From assembly GCA_035622995.1 (NCBI GenBank), contig DASPUI010000116.1:4057-68056 (forward strand): DNA of 64,000 nucleotides. Direction: 5' to 3'. Made by a program: the position numbers and the translations under genes. Shown here in pieces: positions 46,260 to 56,417 of the stretch (position 1 is its first letter; each line of letters starts with the position of its first letter). This DNA is from Chthoniobacterales bacterium. Lineage in GTDB: Bacteria; Verrucomicrobiota; Verrucomicrobiia; Chthoniobacterales; UBA10450. The notes below the pieces were generated by a model. It had not been told where the DNA came from. It worked only from the letters and a program-made list of their open reading frames with translations, and did not search any database.

Positions 46260-46811
46260 TCAGTATTTAGTGATCGCCAGCGCAATGATAAGCGCTCCGC
46301 AGGCCACCACGGCGCCATGCAGAAAACGCCAACGCCTGTCCGTGCCGGCACTCCAGTTTATTTGATCGCGCAGCAAGTACGGCATCGTCACCCAAAAAAG
46401 TCCGGCAATAACGAGAAGATAGGCGATGACAGTAACGGCCAAACGGCTCTCTTCATTCCGAAAAAAAGCAGCGTCAAGAAGGGGTTCGGCTGCGAGCAAA
46501 CAAAGAATTCCGAGCGCGCGGACGGCAAGAAACTCCTCCAGAAAACGTAGTACTAGCAGGTAACCGATGGGCAACGCGATGAGCAGAAATCGGCGAAACG
46601 TGGCAAATTCACCCATTTCCATCGTTGAGAGCAACCAAAAACCCCAGATCAAATCGATCGTCCACAAGACCACGCCTACGAGCAATGATCGCGGCAAACG
46701 CCTGGCCAAATTTTGAACAGTGCGCGGCTGGAAAAGTCCGGGCAAGCCAATAAGGAAAAGGACGACACCGACGACAAAACCAACGGTCTGGAGCGAGAAA
46801 TGGTAAATCAT
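46260..46811 (-). CDS. Hypothetical integral membrane protein
   Basis: 183 aa with about 5-6 predicted TM helices. A 4-nt overlap joins it to the miaB stop. No family was recognised. Confidence 0.55.
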   Translation of the reverse strand: MIYHFSLQTVGFVVGVVLFLIGLPGLFQPRTVQNLARRLPRSLLVGVVLWTIDLIWGFWLLSTMEMGEFATFRRFLLIALPIGYLLVLRFLEEFLAVRALGILCLLAAEPLLDAAFFRNEESRLAVTVIAYLLVIAGLFWVTMPYLLRDQINWSAGTDRRWRFLHGAVVACGALIIALAITKY

Positions 46812-48190
46812 GCGGCAATCGCGGCCTTCTTTGCGGGAAAGAGCGGCGTTCCATACAGGCTAAAACCTGTCGCTCTTTCAATTCGAAGCTCGATTAAGTC
46901 GCCAGTCCGATCATTCTCGCTCTCAAAAATAGCGATTTTATTTGTGCGGGTCCGACCCATCAGCCGCACCCGATTCGTTTTGCTTGCGCCCTGGCAAAGA
47001 ATTTCAACGTTGCGTCCGACCAGCCGCTGATTCGCGCGCTGGGCCAATTCGTCCACCAAGGTCAGCAAATCGCGATTACGTTCTTCTTTCACCGGCTCTT
47101 CAACCTGATCGTTCATGCTGGCGGCGGGGGTATCGCGTCGCGGCGAATAACGAAATACGAAGGCATTATCGAACTGAAGTTGTTCGACCAAATCTCGCGT
47201 TTGCTTGTAATCGTTCGATGTTTCGCCGGGAAAGCCGACAATTACATCTGTTGTAATTGCCATGTCCTTGCGAACGCGCCGCAGACGATGGACGAGGGCG
47301 GCATATTTCTCTGCCGTGTAAGTGCGATGCATCGCTCGCAAGATCTTATTCGAGCCGGATTGCAAAGGCAGGTGAACATGCTCAACCAGTTTCGGCAGCC
47401 GCTCAAAAGCACCGATCAAATCTTCCCGGAACCCGATCGGATGCGGTGAAGTGAAACGCAATCTTTCCAGGCCTTCGACTTCATGGACCGCCTCAAGCAG
47501 CTGCACGAACGGACTTTTGCCATCGATCCTTGGATATTCGTGCCGGCCATAAAGGTTCACGATCTGACCGAGAAGCATGACTTCTTTTACGCTGCGTAAG
47601 ACAAGACCACGAACTTCATCAACAATTTCTGAAATCGAGCGGCTGCGCTCCGCCCCTCGGGTTTGGGGGACAATGCAGAAAGCGCAATGCATGTTGCAGC
47701 CTTGCATAATCGAAACGAACGCGGTCGCTTGTTTGGCTGAAAGTTGCTGCTCGCGAATAGTCGATTGCGAACCGGCCTCTTCTGCAACATCGACGATCGA
47801 AAAACGCAGATCGTCCATCGCGCGGTACTTCTTTCGTTCGATTGCTTCGGTCACATAATCGGCAACGCGATGGAACTTTTGCGTTCCGACCACAAGATCG
47901 AGATGCGGCAGATTTTTAAGCAACGAATTGCCGCGTGCTTGCGCCATGCAACCCAAAAACCCGAACACAATTTCCGGACGACGTTTTGCCAATTGCCCGA
48001 GCATTCCCATTTTGCCCAGCGCCTTTTGATCGGCCATGTCGCGCACCGAACAAGTATTGAGCAGGACGACGTCGGCTTCAGTTTCACTATCGACGCGCTG
48101 GTAGCCCCGGGCGATGAGCGAATGCGCGACCTGTTCAGAATCGCGCTCGTTCATTTGGCAGCCGTAGGTTTTGATGAAGAACTTCGGCAT
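46808..48190 (-). CDS. miaB: tRNA-2-methylthio-N6-dimethylallyladenosine synthase
   Basis: UPF0004 N-domain (FFIKTYGCQMNERDSE), radical SAM CNMHCAFC and a TRAM domain are present. The ATG at 48190 is preferred over the 22-aa extension. Confidence 0.93.
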   Translation of the reverse strand: MPKFFIKTYGCQMNERDSEQVAHSLIARGYQRVDSETEADVVLLNTCSVRDMADQKALGKMGMLGQLAKRRPEIVFGFLGCMAQARGNSLLKNLPHLDLVVGTQKFHRVADYVTEAIERKKYRAMDDLRFSIVDVAEEAGSQSTIREQQLSAKQATAFVSIMQGCNMHCAFCIVPQTRGAERSRSISEIVDEVRGLVLRSVKEVMLLGQIVNLYGRHEYPRIDGKSPFVQLLEAVHEVEGLERLRFTSPHPIGFREDLIGAFERLPKLVEHVHLPLQSGSNKILRAMHRTYTAEKYAALVHRLRRVRKDMAITTDVIVGFPGETSNDYKQTRDLVEQLQFDNAFVFRYSPRRDTPAASMNDQVEEPVKEERNRDLLTLVDELAQRANQRLVGRNVEILCQGASKTNRVRLMGRTRTNKIAIFESENDRTGDLIELRIERATGFSLYGTPLFPAKKAAIAA

Positions 48191-48252
48191 GAGTGGCCGA
48201 AATAATACACGACCAAACGCGATGCGCCACGCTGTTCGCGCCCTTTGGATTA

Positions 48253-49026
48253 TCAATCCCGCGGCGGAGCAGCGAACCCACCGGGAAAGGGATTAGCCAT
48301 CAGTCGTTTTCGAGTTTCGCGGCCAGTCGGGAGGTTCGTGCCACGTTCATTGAAAATGGCTATACCAATGACGCCGACATTCTGGGAGTTGCGATATTTT
48401 TCGGCTGCGTAGGATTCACACACCGGCCCGAAACGAAATGCCGCGACTGACTCGGTGCTTTGACGAAAACCTTCGATTTTTAATTGTGCATGAGGCGCAA
48501 GCACATAACCGCGCTTTCGCACCGAAGCTTTGCGCCCATCAAGGACGTCGAGCCCATCAACAGATATGACAATTTCCAGTCGATAATCCGTTTGGTTGCG
48601 AATCGCGATGGAGTAACGCCGGCCTTCCTTGCCAACTACAAACCAGCGGTCAGCAACGATCAAGCCGGGGTAAAAGAAGCCGATCGGGTCTTTTAGCCCG
48701 ATGGAAATCAAGTCTTCAGTCGGCCCAGGCAAGACCGACCACCCTGGTTGCGAGGCGCATACGCCCGTCATGGCACGAATGCCGATTTCATCGTTGTAAT
48801 AGATTGCCGAGACGGCGACCGGCTCAGAAGCGGCACGTTCAAAGCCGACCACATTAATTCGGCACCGGCGTGTTTCGCCCCATTTGGTTGCAAGGCCGGG
48901 CCGATCGGCAGGCGCTTGGGAAAATCGCTCACTCGATGGACCACCGGCGATTTCCGATTCGCAGGAATTCAGGAGGAGGATCGAGACACAGGCCAGCAGT
49001 TGAAGAATACGAACGAGATCCTTCAT
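48253..49026 (-). CDS. Hypothetical lipoprotein
   Basis: 257 aa with a signal peptide and lipobox-like LLLNSC. No family was recognised. Confidence 0.55.
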   Translation of the reverse strand: MKDLVRILQLLACVSILLLNSCESEIAGGPSSERFSQAPADRPGLATKWGETRRCRINVVGFERAASEPVAVSAIYYNDEIGIRAMTGVCASQPGWSVLPGPTEDLISIGLKDPIGFFYPGLIVADRWFVVGKEGRRYSIAIRNQTDYRLEIVISVDGLDVLDGRKASVRKRGYVLAPHAQLKIEGFRQSTESVAAFRFGPVCESYAAEKYRNSQNVGVIGIAIFNERGTNLPTGRETRKRLMANPFPGGFAAPPRD

Positions 49027-49079
49027 AACGACGATACGTCTTCCAACCCCCGAATCTTTCAGATTTAATCGCGCCGCGA

Positions 49080-49949
49080 ATGAGAAATGATGTACCGGCC
49101 ATCGGAGTGATCGGGGGAAGTGGTTTGTATCAAATGGAACAGCTGATCGAACCGACCGAACTTAAGATCGACACCCCATTTGGCCCGCCGTCGGACGCCT
49201 TGATTGGTGGAAAACTGAACGGTCGGCAGGTCTATTTTTTGCCGCGACACGGCCGGGGACATCGGATTTTGCCGCACGAGCTGAATCACCGCGCCAACAT
49301 CTTCGCGCTGCGCTCGCTCAACGTTCGCTGGATCATCAGCGTAACGGCGGTTGGAAGCTTGCAGGAAAAATATGCGCCCCGCGACCTGTTTTTACCGTCG
49401 CAGTTTTACGATCGAACGAGCACGCGGGCGCAGCATACGTTCTTTGGCGGCGGGATTGCAGTTCACATTTCCTTCGCGGAACCGATCAGCGCGAACTTGC
49501 GCAGATTGGTGGCCGAATCTGCTAAGAAGGTAGGAATCGTTGCTCACGACGGCGGTACTTACGTGAATATGGATGGCCCGGCATTCTCGACGCGCGCCGA
49601 ATCCGAGTTGAACCGCCGCCACGGTTTTGACGTGATTGGAATGACGAACTTGCCGGAAGCGAAGTTGGCTCGCGAAGCGGAGATCGCCCTCGCCACGATG
49701 GCGATGATCACAGATTATGATTGCTGGAGAGTGGAAGAAGAGCCGGTGTCGGCGCAAACGGTGATCGGCCATTTACAAGCCAACGCCGACATCGCCAAGC
49801 GGATCATTGTCGATCTCATTCCCAAAATCCCAAGGAAGGCGGATTGGCCGGAGCACTCGGCGTTAGACTCTGCTTTGGTAACGCAGCAAAAGCTTTGGCC
49901 AGCTGAGACGGTAAAACGTTTGCGGCCGATTTTAGACCGATTTTTGTAG
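49080..49949 (+). CDS. mtnP: S-methyl-5'-thioadenosine phosphorylase
   Basis: 289 aa. IGVIGGSGLY, FLPRHGRGH, ANIFALRSLNV..IISVTAVGSL and GMTNLPEAKLAREAEI blocks are present. Confidence 0.9.
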   Translation: MRNDVPAIGVIGGSGLYQMEQLIEPTELKIDTPFGPPSDALIGGKLNGRQVYFLPRHGRGHRILPHELNHRANIFALRSLNVRWIISVTAVGSLQEKYAPRDLFLPSQFYDRTSTRAQHTFFGGGIAVHISFAEPISANLRRLVAESAKKVGIVAHDGGTYVNMDGPAFSTRAESELNRRHGFDVIGMTNLPEAKLAREAEIALATMAMITDYDCWRVEEEPVSAQTVIGHLQANADIAKRIIVDLIPKIPRKADWPEHSALDSALVTQQKLWPAETVKRLRPILDRFL

Positions 49950-50035
49950 CGAAAAAATTTCTTGCCTTTCAGAGGGTAATTATGGTAATTATAGACCTCG
50001 AAACGATTGCTTCTTTCACGCAGGGACTTTTACAA

Positions 50036-50302
50036 ATGAAAACATCTATCGCCGTTTGCCTGCTCAGTCTCGCGTTGCTCCCGGCCTGTTCCACTACGAG
50101 CCAGACGAGTGCCCAGCACCAAACCTTGGAGCAGCGTCTCATGGCAAAGTACGCCAGCGCCGATACCAGCACTGCCGAGCCCGCGCCCCCGGCTGAAGGG
50201 CCGGAAGATGTTCCAGCTGACGCGCCCACCGACGTCGATCACAATCCAAATTTGATGCCGTCGCCCCTGCTTCGCTACTGGGGGGCGTCCCGAACTCCCT
50301 AA
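50036..50302 (+). CDS. Small hypothetical lipoprotein
   Basis: 88 aa from the ATG at 50036. The start MKTSIAVCLLSLALLPAC carries a lipobox. The mature part is acidic and Pro-rich. Confidence 0.5.
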   Translation: MKTSIAVCLLSLALLPACSTTSQTSAQHQTLEQRLMAKYASADTSTAEPAPPAEGPEDVPADAPTDVDHNPNLMPSPLLRYWGASRTP

Positions 50303-50502
50303 TTGGCTTTTTACGATTCCTTCATCGCGCCAAGAAGGTAGGAGTCTATTCTGCCTGGCGGCAGTGACGGCGATTGGGCATCGAAATTGACCTTTTGTTT
50401 CCGTCCGGATTAACATCGGTCTGTCAGCCCTTCCGGATCTCGCGTAAATGGCAATCCAACGATTGCGCGAACAGTTCTTCGGGGCTCTGCGCGAAAAAAT
50501 CG

Positions 50503-51474
50503 CTAGCCGTTTGAACCGTTCCAAAGGCCCCAGGCGAGCAGGGCGCCCGCGTCGCGCCACACGCCCGCCGGACTGTCGCCCAGGACGACCACGATAATAT
50601 CCTTGCCTGGCCGGGTTCCGCTGGCGATCAAACATTTGCCCGCGGCCTCGGTGTAGCCAGTTTTCATTCCATTACAGTAGGGAAGCCGTCGCAGCAGCTT
50701 ATTCGTATTTTCCAGCTCGCGTGTGCGGCCATTGGCGTAGCGAAAAACAAGCTGCGGCAGGCAGATGATCGAACGAATCGTGGAGTTTGCATATGCGGCC
50801 CGCGCAATCAGCGAGAGGTCGCGGGCAGTGGAATATTGGCCGGGCACTGGGAGTCCGTTGGGATTGATGAAATGCGAGTGAGTCGCGCCAAGTTCCTTCG
50901 CTCGTTGATTCATGAATTCGGCAAAAACCTCGATGCTTCCGGCGTTGTCGCGCGCCAAACACCGGGCAACATCGTTAGGGCTTTTGACCAACAGCGCCCG
51001 CAGCAGATCGATCCGTTGATAAGTATCGCCCGGCCGAATGTTCAATTTTACCGGCTCGGCCAGTGTATCGACTGCCTGGACCGTCACCGGTTGGTCGAGA
51101 AACCCGTGCTCGGCCACAATCAGCGCGGTCAGTAATTTTTGGGTGCTCGCTGCGGGCCGAAGCTCGTCGGCATTTTTCTCATATATTACCTGCCCGCTTT
51201 TTGCATCGACCATGATGACCGATTTCGCCCGAGTTGCCGGCACTCCTCCCGTAACGCTTGTTGGTATCGAGACTGCCGGTTCGTCGTCCTCGTCCGCTTT
51301 AGGCTTTGCGCGCGAATGGGTCGATCGAATATGGACCGGCCGAGAAGTCGGAGTGGCTGTTTCTTTTGGCAACGGCTCCGGCACGCCGGTGGGCCGGACC
51401 GACTCCTGTCCAATCGCGGCCAGCGGAAGCGCGAGGGCGCAGAGGAAAACGAACAAGCGACGTCCCAGTGTCAT
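50503..51474 (-). CDS. D-alanyl-D-alanine carboxypeptidase (serine peptidase S11, DacA-like)
   Basis: 323 aa with a signal peptide. The SxxK motif is AASTQKLLTA, SPND matches SxN, and MKTGYT matches KTG. Confidence 0.85.
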   Translation of the reverse strand: MTLGRRLFVFLCALALPLAAIGQESVRPTGVPEPLPKETATPTSRPVHIRSTHSRAKPKADEDDEPAVSIPTSVTGGVPATRAKSVIMVDAKSGQVIYEKNADELRPAASTQKLLTALIVAEHGFLDQPVTVQAVDTLAEPVKLNIRPGDTYQRIDLLRALLVKSPNDVARCLARDNAGSIEVFAEFMNQRAKELGATHSHFINPNGLPVPGQYSTARDLSLIARAAYANSTIRSIICLPQLVFRYANGRTRELENTNKLLRRLPYCNGMKTGYTEAAGKCLIASGTRPGKDIIVVVLGDSPAGVWRDAGALLAWGLWNGSNG

Positions 51475-51515
51475 CGGCGAAGAATTAGCGGCAACGCGTT
51501 GAGATACGCAAGGGA

Positions 51516-51902
51516 TTACAAATCTTTTCCGCGCTGGATCAGTTCAATTTCATAACCTTCGGGAGCGTCGACGAACGCAATCCTGCTTCCACCCGACGTT
51601 TGATGGGGACCGTCCGAAAGCGGGTAGCCCTTGGCTGCAGACTCGCGCGCAAACTTGTCCAGATCGTCTACTTCAAAGGCAAGATGGGTCAGGTCAGGAC
51701 CAACAATCACCGGACCGCTTTCGTCAAACTTGCACAGCTCAATTTCTTCCTCGCTTTGCGGTGCTTTAAAAAACACCAACTGCGACCCTCGACCGGAGGT
51801 ATGTCGGCGAACCTCTCTTAATCCGAGAACATCCCGATAAAAGGCAACTGTCTTTTCCAAGTCTTTTACTCGATAGCGCGTGTGCAGGAGTTTTTTGACC
51901 AT
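51516..51902 (-). CDS. VOC family protein (lactoylglutathione lyase-like)
   Basis: 128 aa. LLHTRYRVKDLEKTVAFYRDVLGL ... HLAFEVDDLD ... GYEIELIQ fits the glyoxalase I fold pattern. Confidence 0.8.
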   Translation of the reverse strand: MVKKLLHTRYRVKDLEKTVAFYRDVLGLREVRRHTSGRGSQLVFFKAPQSEEEIELCKFDESGPVIVGPDLTHLAFEVDDLDKFARESAAKGYPLSDGPHQTSGGSRIAFVDAPEGYEIELIQRGKDL

Positions 51903-52010
51903 CTCGTATCTTGGGATGGTTCGGCAGTGAGTTCAACACGACGAGGTCGACTTCTTTCGCCCGCCGATCTCTGATTGCGAGAAACGAGAAGAGTTGTAGT
52001 TCTTAGTCCG

Positions 52011-52580
52011 ATGAAACTGGTGATCGCGGCGACCGGCGCCAGCGGAACGATTTATTTGGAGCGTTTGCTCGAACAAATCGATACTGCTGCGCACGAAGTT
52101 CATTTCGTGATGAGCGGGCACGCCAAACAAGTCGCGAAACAGGAATTGGGCGGCCTGAGAATTCCAAAGAATGTTGTCCAGCACGACGAGAACGATCTCA
52201 ATGTGCCGTTTGTCAGCGGCTCGGCGCGTTTCGATGCAATGGTCATTGTTCCCTGTTCGATGGCAACCATTGGCCGAATCGCTTCCGGCTCAAGCGACAG
52301 TGCCTTGCTGCGGGCGGCCGACGTTTTCTTGAAGGAACGCCGCAAGCTGGTGCTCGTTCCTCGCGAAACGCCCTGGAATTTAATACATGCGCGCAATGTT
52401 GTGACGCTCCTGGAGGCCGGCGCGGTCGTCCTCCCCGCGATTCCCTCCTTCTACAGCCGACCCGCTTCAGTTGCCGAGATTGTCGATACCGTTGTCTGGC
52501 GCATCCTCGATCAAATCGGCCTGCCGAGTGCGCGCGCATATCGCTGGGCTGATCAAACTCGAAAATCCGGCAAACGTTGA
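52011..52580 (+). CDS. ubiX: UbiX-family flavin prenyltransferase
   Basis: MKLVIAATGASGTIY, VIVPCSMATIGRIASG and LVLVPRETP blocks are present. The ATG at 52011 is preferred over the TTG at 51975. Confidence 0.9.
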   Translation: MKLVIAATGASGTIYLERLLEQIDTAAHEVHFVMSGHAKQVAKQELGGLRIPKNVVQHDENDLNVPFVSGSARFDAMVIVPCSMATIGRIASGSSDSALLRAADVFLKERRKLVLVPRETPWNLIHARNVVTLLEAGAVVLPAIPSFYSRPASVAEIVDTVVWRILDQIGLPSARAYRWADQTRKSGKR

Positions 52581-53221
52581 AGATCGAAGGCTGGCGGGCA
52601 CGTTGGTTAATCGCATTTGGATTTCGTTTGCTCCAAATTTGGTCGCACACCCTGCGCTTCGAGGTCGACGATCGTTTGGGCGTGATCGGGAAGCCGGTCG
52701 CGAAAAATTACATCGCCGCACTTTGGCACAATCGCCTGTTGCTGATTTCGCCCGCACTAAAGAAATTTCTTCCTCAGCGGCCGGGCGCGGGATTGATCAG
52801 CGCGAGTCGGGATGGCGATCTCGTCGCCGATTTGACTCAGCGCTTCGGCTTTGACGTTGTTCGCGGCTCAACCTCGCGCATGGGCGCCAGCGCAATTCTC
52901 GAGCTGGGCAACGTCCTTGCATCCGGCCGCGACATTGTCATCACGCCGGACGGTCCCCGCGGTCCGGCCTACGGACTTGGGAAGGGCATTATTTTTCTGG
53001 CGCAGAAGACGGGCGCTGAGGTTGTGCCGGTCAATTTCGAATATTCCAGCTGCTGGCGGGTAAACAGCTGGGATCGATTCATTTTGCCGCGCCCATTTGC
53101 CAAAGTGCGCTTCATCATCGGCCCGGCGCACCGGGTAGAATTGACAAATACGCCTGAAGAATTCGAAGCGGAATGCTCGCGGCTGCAAAAGGCGATGATG
53201 TCGCTGGTTGAACGGCGTTGA
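52577..53221 (+). CDS. DUF374 / lysophospholipid acyltransferase-like protein
   Basis: 214 aa. LWHNRLLL, SASRDGDL and ITPDGPRGP blocks are present. The TTG start overlaps the ubiX stop (TTGA). Confidence 0.75.
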   Translation: MKIEGWRARWLIAFGFRLLQIWSHTLRFEVDDRLGVIGKPVAKNYIAALWHNRLLLISPALKKFLPQRPGAGLISASRDGDLVADLTQRFGFDVVRGSTSRMGASAILELGNVLASGRDIVITPDGPRGPAYGLGKGIIFLAQKTGAEVVPVNFEYSSCWRVNSWDRFILPRPFAKVRFIIGPAHRVELTNTPEEFEAECSRLQKAMMSLVERR

Positions 53222-53239
53222 GTCATTTAAGTTCCGCGC

Positions 53240-54118
53240 ATGACGAACCTGATCGACGGCCGAGTGATTGCCGAAAAAGTATACGTCGATCTCCGTCGCG
53301 AAATCGCCGATCTAAAGTCGAGAGGAATCACGCCTGGACTGGCAGTCGTTCTGATTGGCGATAATCCTGCATCCCGCGCCTATGTCCGTTCGAAGGATAA
53401 GATGAGCCGCGAACTGGGCCTGCATTCAGTCAAGCTCGAGCTGCCGGCATCGACGACTCAAGAGGAATTGCTCGCCCAAGTTAGCGAATTAAATAAAGAC
53501 TCGAACGTCCACGGAATCCTCGTTCAATCACCGCCGCCACCACAGATTGATGAGGCGGCGGTCGTCCGCGCGCTCGATCCGCGCAAAGATGTCGACGGAT
53601 TTCATCCGGAGAATGTCGCGAAGCTTGCGCTCGGCGATGAGTCAGGCTTTGTACCGTGCACGCCGCTTGGCGTGCAACGCCTGCTGATCGAGAGCAAGAT
53701 CGCTATTGCCGGCGCGCATGTGGTCATTATTGGGCGCAGCATGATCGTGGGGAAATCGCTCGCACTTTTACTGGTGCAAAAGACTAAAAATGCGGATGCG
53801 ACTGTTACCGTTGTCCATTCGCGCAGCAAAAATCTCGAAGCAATCACGCGTTCGGCAGACATTTTGGTCGCGGCAATCGGTCGTGCCGAATTCGTAAAGG
53901 CGGAACACGTCCGTGACGGCGCGGTTGTGATCGACGTCGGGATCAATCGGGTAGAAGACGCGACCAGTGCGCGCGGCTATCGATTGATCGGCGACGTGGC
54001 CTTCGGGGAAGTTTCAAAGAAAGCCGCCGCCATTACGCCGGTGCCTGGGGGAGTGGGTCCGATGACCATTGCGATGCTCATGTCGAATACCGTGAAAGCG
54101 GCGCGGCAATCAGCGTGA
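53240..54118 (+). CDS. folD: Bifunctional methylenetetrahydrofolate dehydrogenase/cyclohydrolase
   Basis: 292 aa. [47 protein letters not shown] and [11 protein letters not shown] blocks are present. Confidence 0.95.
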   Translation: MTNLIDGRVIAEKVYVDLRREIADLKSRGITPGLAVVLIGDNPASRAYVRSKDKMSRELGLHSVKLELPASTTQEELLAQVSELNKDSNVHGILVQSPPPPQIDEAAVVRALDPRKDVDGFHPENVAKLALGDESGFVPCTPLGVQRLLIESKIAIAGAHVVIIGRSMIVGKSLALLLVQKTKNADATVTVVHSRSKNLEAITRSADILVAAIGRAEFVKAEHVRDGAVVIDVGINRVEDATSARGYRLIGDVAFGEVSKKAAAITPVPGGVGPMTIAMLMSNTVKAARQSA

Positions 54119-55195
54119 TCCCCGAACGATTTTGCCGGTCAGCAACCGCAGAATCGCCGGACTAATACCCGCCAGATGAAGCGCAGCCGATGCGCTTCGA
54201 GGCGAGAGAACTCCAGTTCGCGCCAACCGATTAATCCATAGCCGGCCGCGATACATCGCAGCCCGTGCGCGAGCGAATTCAGACAACACCGATAGTCGAT
54301 TCTGGCCATGACTAATCTTTGCGATTGCGTCCGCAGCTAATTCGCCGGAACGGAGCGCGTAGTAAATTCCTTCACCGGTGAACGGCTCGACCACGCGCGC
54401 CGCATCGCCGATAAAAATGAGATCTTCGCGAATTGAATGAATCGGTGCCCGAGTCAGCGGGGTGATGGTCCGCCACGATTGGTCGGCCTTGGTTCTGAAT
54501 TGTTTTTCCGCCCAGGCGCGCAGGATCGAAATGGAGGATGGCTTTCCGACAAGACAGAGGTTCAGTTCGCGCTCGTTGACCGGAGCCTGGCCGGAATAAC
54601 CCTCGGGCAAAAACTGAAGAACGACGCGATTTCCGAAGTCTTGCGGCAGCGGAATGTGCGCTTGCAGCGCGACGCGCTCACGCCCGGGCGATGGCAGTAA
54701 ATTGCGCAGGCGCGCGACCGTTGAGTTTCGCCCGTCCGCGCCGACCACGACACGGGCGGTAACGGTTTCGCGAACAAGATCGATCTTCCAATTATTCGAC
54801 CCAGCCTTCCGGAGACTGGTCACGACCGATTGTTCGCGAATTTCCGCGCCACCGTCGCGAGCGCGATTCAGCAGCAATTGATCGAACAGACTGCGCTTGA
54901 TTGCGATCTCGCTTTCATCGCCGCTTGACAGATCGACCTTTATTTTGCGGCCGTTGATGGCGATGAAATCGACGTGGTCGAGTCTGCCATGGGGCAGTGC
55001 ACGAACGCCTTCGAAAATCTCCAGCCGGCGCAAAACCGCCCAGCAAGCCGGGTTCAAACAATCGCCGCAAACTTTTTCGCGGGGGAATTTTTCACGCTCG
55101 ATCAAAACGGTTCGCAGACCGGCTGCAGCGCAAAATGCGGCACAGGTCGAGCCTGCGGGGCCGCCGCCGACAATTGCAACGTCAAAAACATCCAT
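54110..55195 (-). CDS. FAD-dependent oxidoreductase, geranylgeranyl reductase family
   Basis: 361 aa. It has an N-terminal dinucleotide fold [15 protein letters not shown], followed by KVCGDCLNP and VVGADGRNS. Confidence 0.8.
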   Translation of the reverse strand: MDVFDVAIVGGGPAGSTCAAFCAAAGLRTVLIEREKFPREKVCGDCLNPACWAVLRRLEIFEGVRALPHGRLDHVDFIAINGRKIKVDLSSGDESEIAIKRSLFDQLLLNRARDGGAEIREQSVVTSLRKAGSNNWKIDLVRETVTARVVVGADGRNSTVARLRNLLPSPGRERVALQAHIPLPQDFGNRVVLQFLPEGYSGQAPVNERELNLCLVGKPSSISILRAWAEKQFRTKADQSWRTITPLTRAPIHSIREDLIFIGDAARVVEPFTGEGIYYALRSGELAADAIAKISHGQNRLSVLSEFARARAAMYRGRLWINRLARTGVLSPRSASAALHLAGISPAILRLLTGKIVRGSR

Positions 55196-55273
55196 CCGAT
55201 TTCAGTTTCAAAGAAAGGCGCCATGGATAAAGCCATTTCGCACGATTACTTTTTGGGCGTAGTTTGAGAAGTT

Positions 55274-56356
55274 ATGGGGTGGTCGCTTCCGATCTTTCGA
55301 ATTGCGGGAATTCAACTTCGTATTCACGTCACGTTCTTGCTCCTGATCGTCTGGCTCGCGTTCGGATATTACCACGAAGGTGGCTCGGCGGTGGCGGCAG
55401 CGCGGGTGATTTTTATTCTCCTGCTGTTTGTTTGCGTCGTCCTTCATGAGTTTGGACACGCATTTGCCGCCAAAGCTTTCGGCATCAATACTCCGGACAT
55501 CACGCTGTTGCCGATCGGCGGGGTGGCGCGGTTGGAACGAATGCCTGAGGAGCCGGTGCAGGAATTGATCATCGCGGTAGCAGGACCGGCTGTGAACGTT
55601 ATTATTGCGCTCTGTCTATTTGTCGTGATCGGCGCACGTGGCTTGTTGCAGCAGGCGACATTCGAGGGCGGAGATTTAATCGCCCAGTTGCTGACCATCA
55701 ATGTGATGCTCGTTCTCTTTAACCTTTTGCCAGCGTTTCCAATGGACGGAGGCCGGGTCCTGCGCGCGTTGCTTGCAACGCGTCTGCCTTATGCGCGTGC
55801 GACACAAATTGCCGCGAACATTGGGCAGGGATGCGCGTTTGTTTTTGGATTCATCGGTTTATTGTGGAACCCATTTTTAATTTTCATCGCGTTTTTTGTT
55901 TATATCGGCGCGTCGCAGGAAGCCGCCCTCGCGCAGATGAAAGATGTCTCGCGGCGCTTTCCGGTATCGAGCGCTATGGTCCGTGAATTTCGATCGTTGC
56001 CTGTCAACGCGACGTTGCAGGAAGCGGTGGATGCACTCCTTGCAACGTCGCAGCACGATTTCCCGGTGCTGGAAGAAAGCGGAAGCGTCGCTGGAATTTT
56101 AACCCGACACGATTTGATTGCGGCTTTGCACAAGGGGGATCCAACGACTCACGTCGGCGACGTAATGCGTCGCAATATTCCGACCGTAACGACCGGCACG
56201 CGATTCGAAGACGCATTTCGTATCATGCAGGAGTGCAATTGCCCGGTATTGCCGGTGCTCGACGGTATGAAGCGACTGGTTGGTTTGCTTACGCCGGAAA
56301 ACGTCAGCGAGCTAATGATGGTCCAATCGGCATTGCCGCGGCGGCGGGTTGCGTAG
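55274..56356 (+). CDS. Site-2 protease family (peptidase M50) with CBS domain pair
   Basis: 360 aa. The HExxH motif is LHEFGHAF and the second metal motif region is NLLPAFPMDGGR. The C-terminal part has two CBS-like modules. Confidence 0.85.
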   Translation: MGWSLPIFRIAGIQLRIHVTFLLLIVWLAFGYYHEGGSAVAAARVIFILLLFVCVVLHEFGHAFAAKAFGINTPDITLLPIGGVARLERMPEEPVQELIIAVAGPAVNVIIALCLFVVIGARGLLQQATFEGGDLIAQLLTINVMLVLFNLLPAFPMDGGRVLRALLATRLPYARATQIAANIGQGCAFVFGFIGLLWNPFLIFIAFFVYIGASQEAALAQMKDVSRRFPVSSAMVREFRSLPVNATLQEAVDALLATSQHDFPVLEESGSVAGILTRHDLIAALHKGDPTTHVGDVMRRNIPTVTTGTRFEDAFRIMQECNCPVLPVLDGMKRLVGLLTPENVSELMMVQSALPRRRVA

Positions 56357-56417
56357 TTGTTCAGTTTGCATCGCGTTGCCGAATTTGCCCGCGGCGCGTA
56401 CGTTACAGACTCCGGCG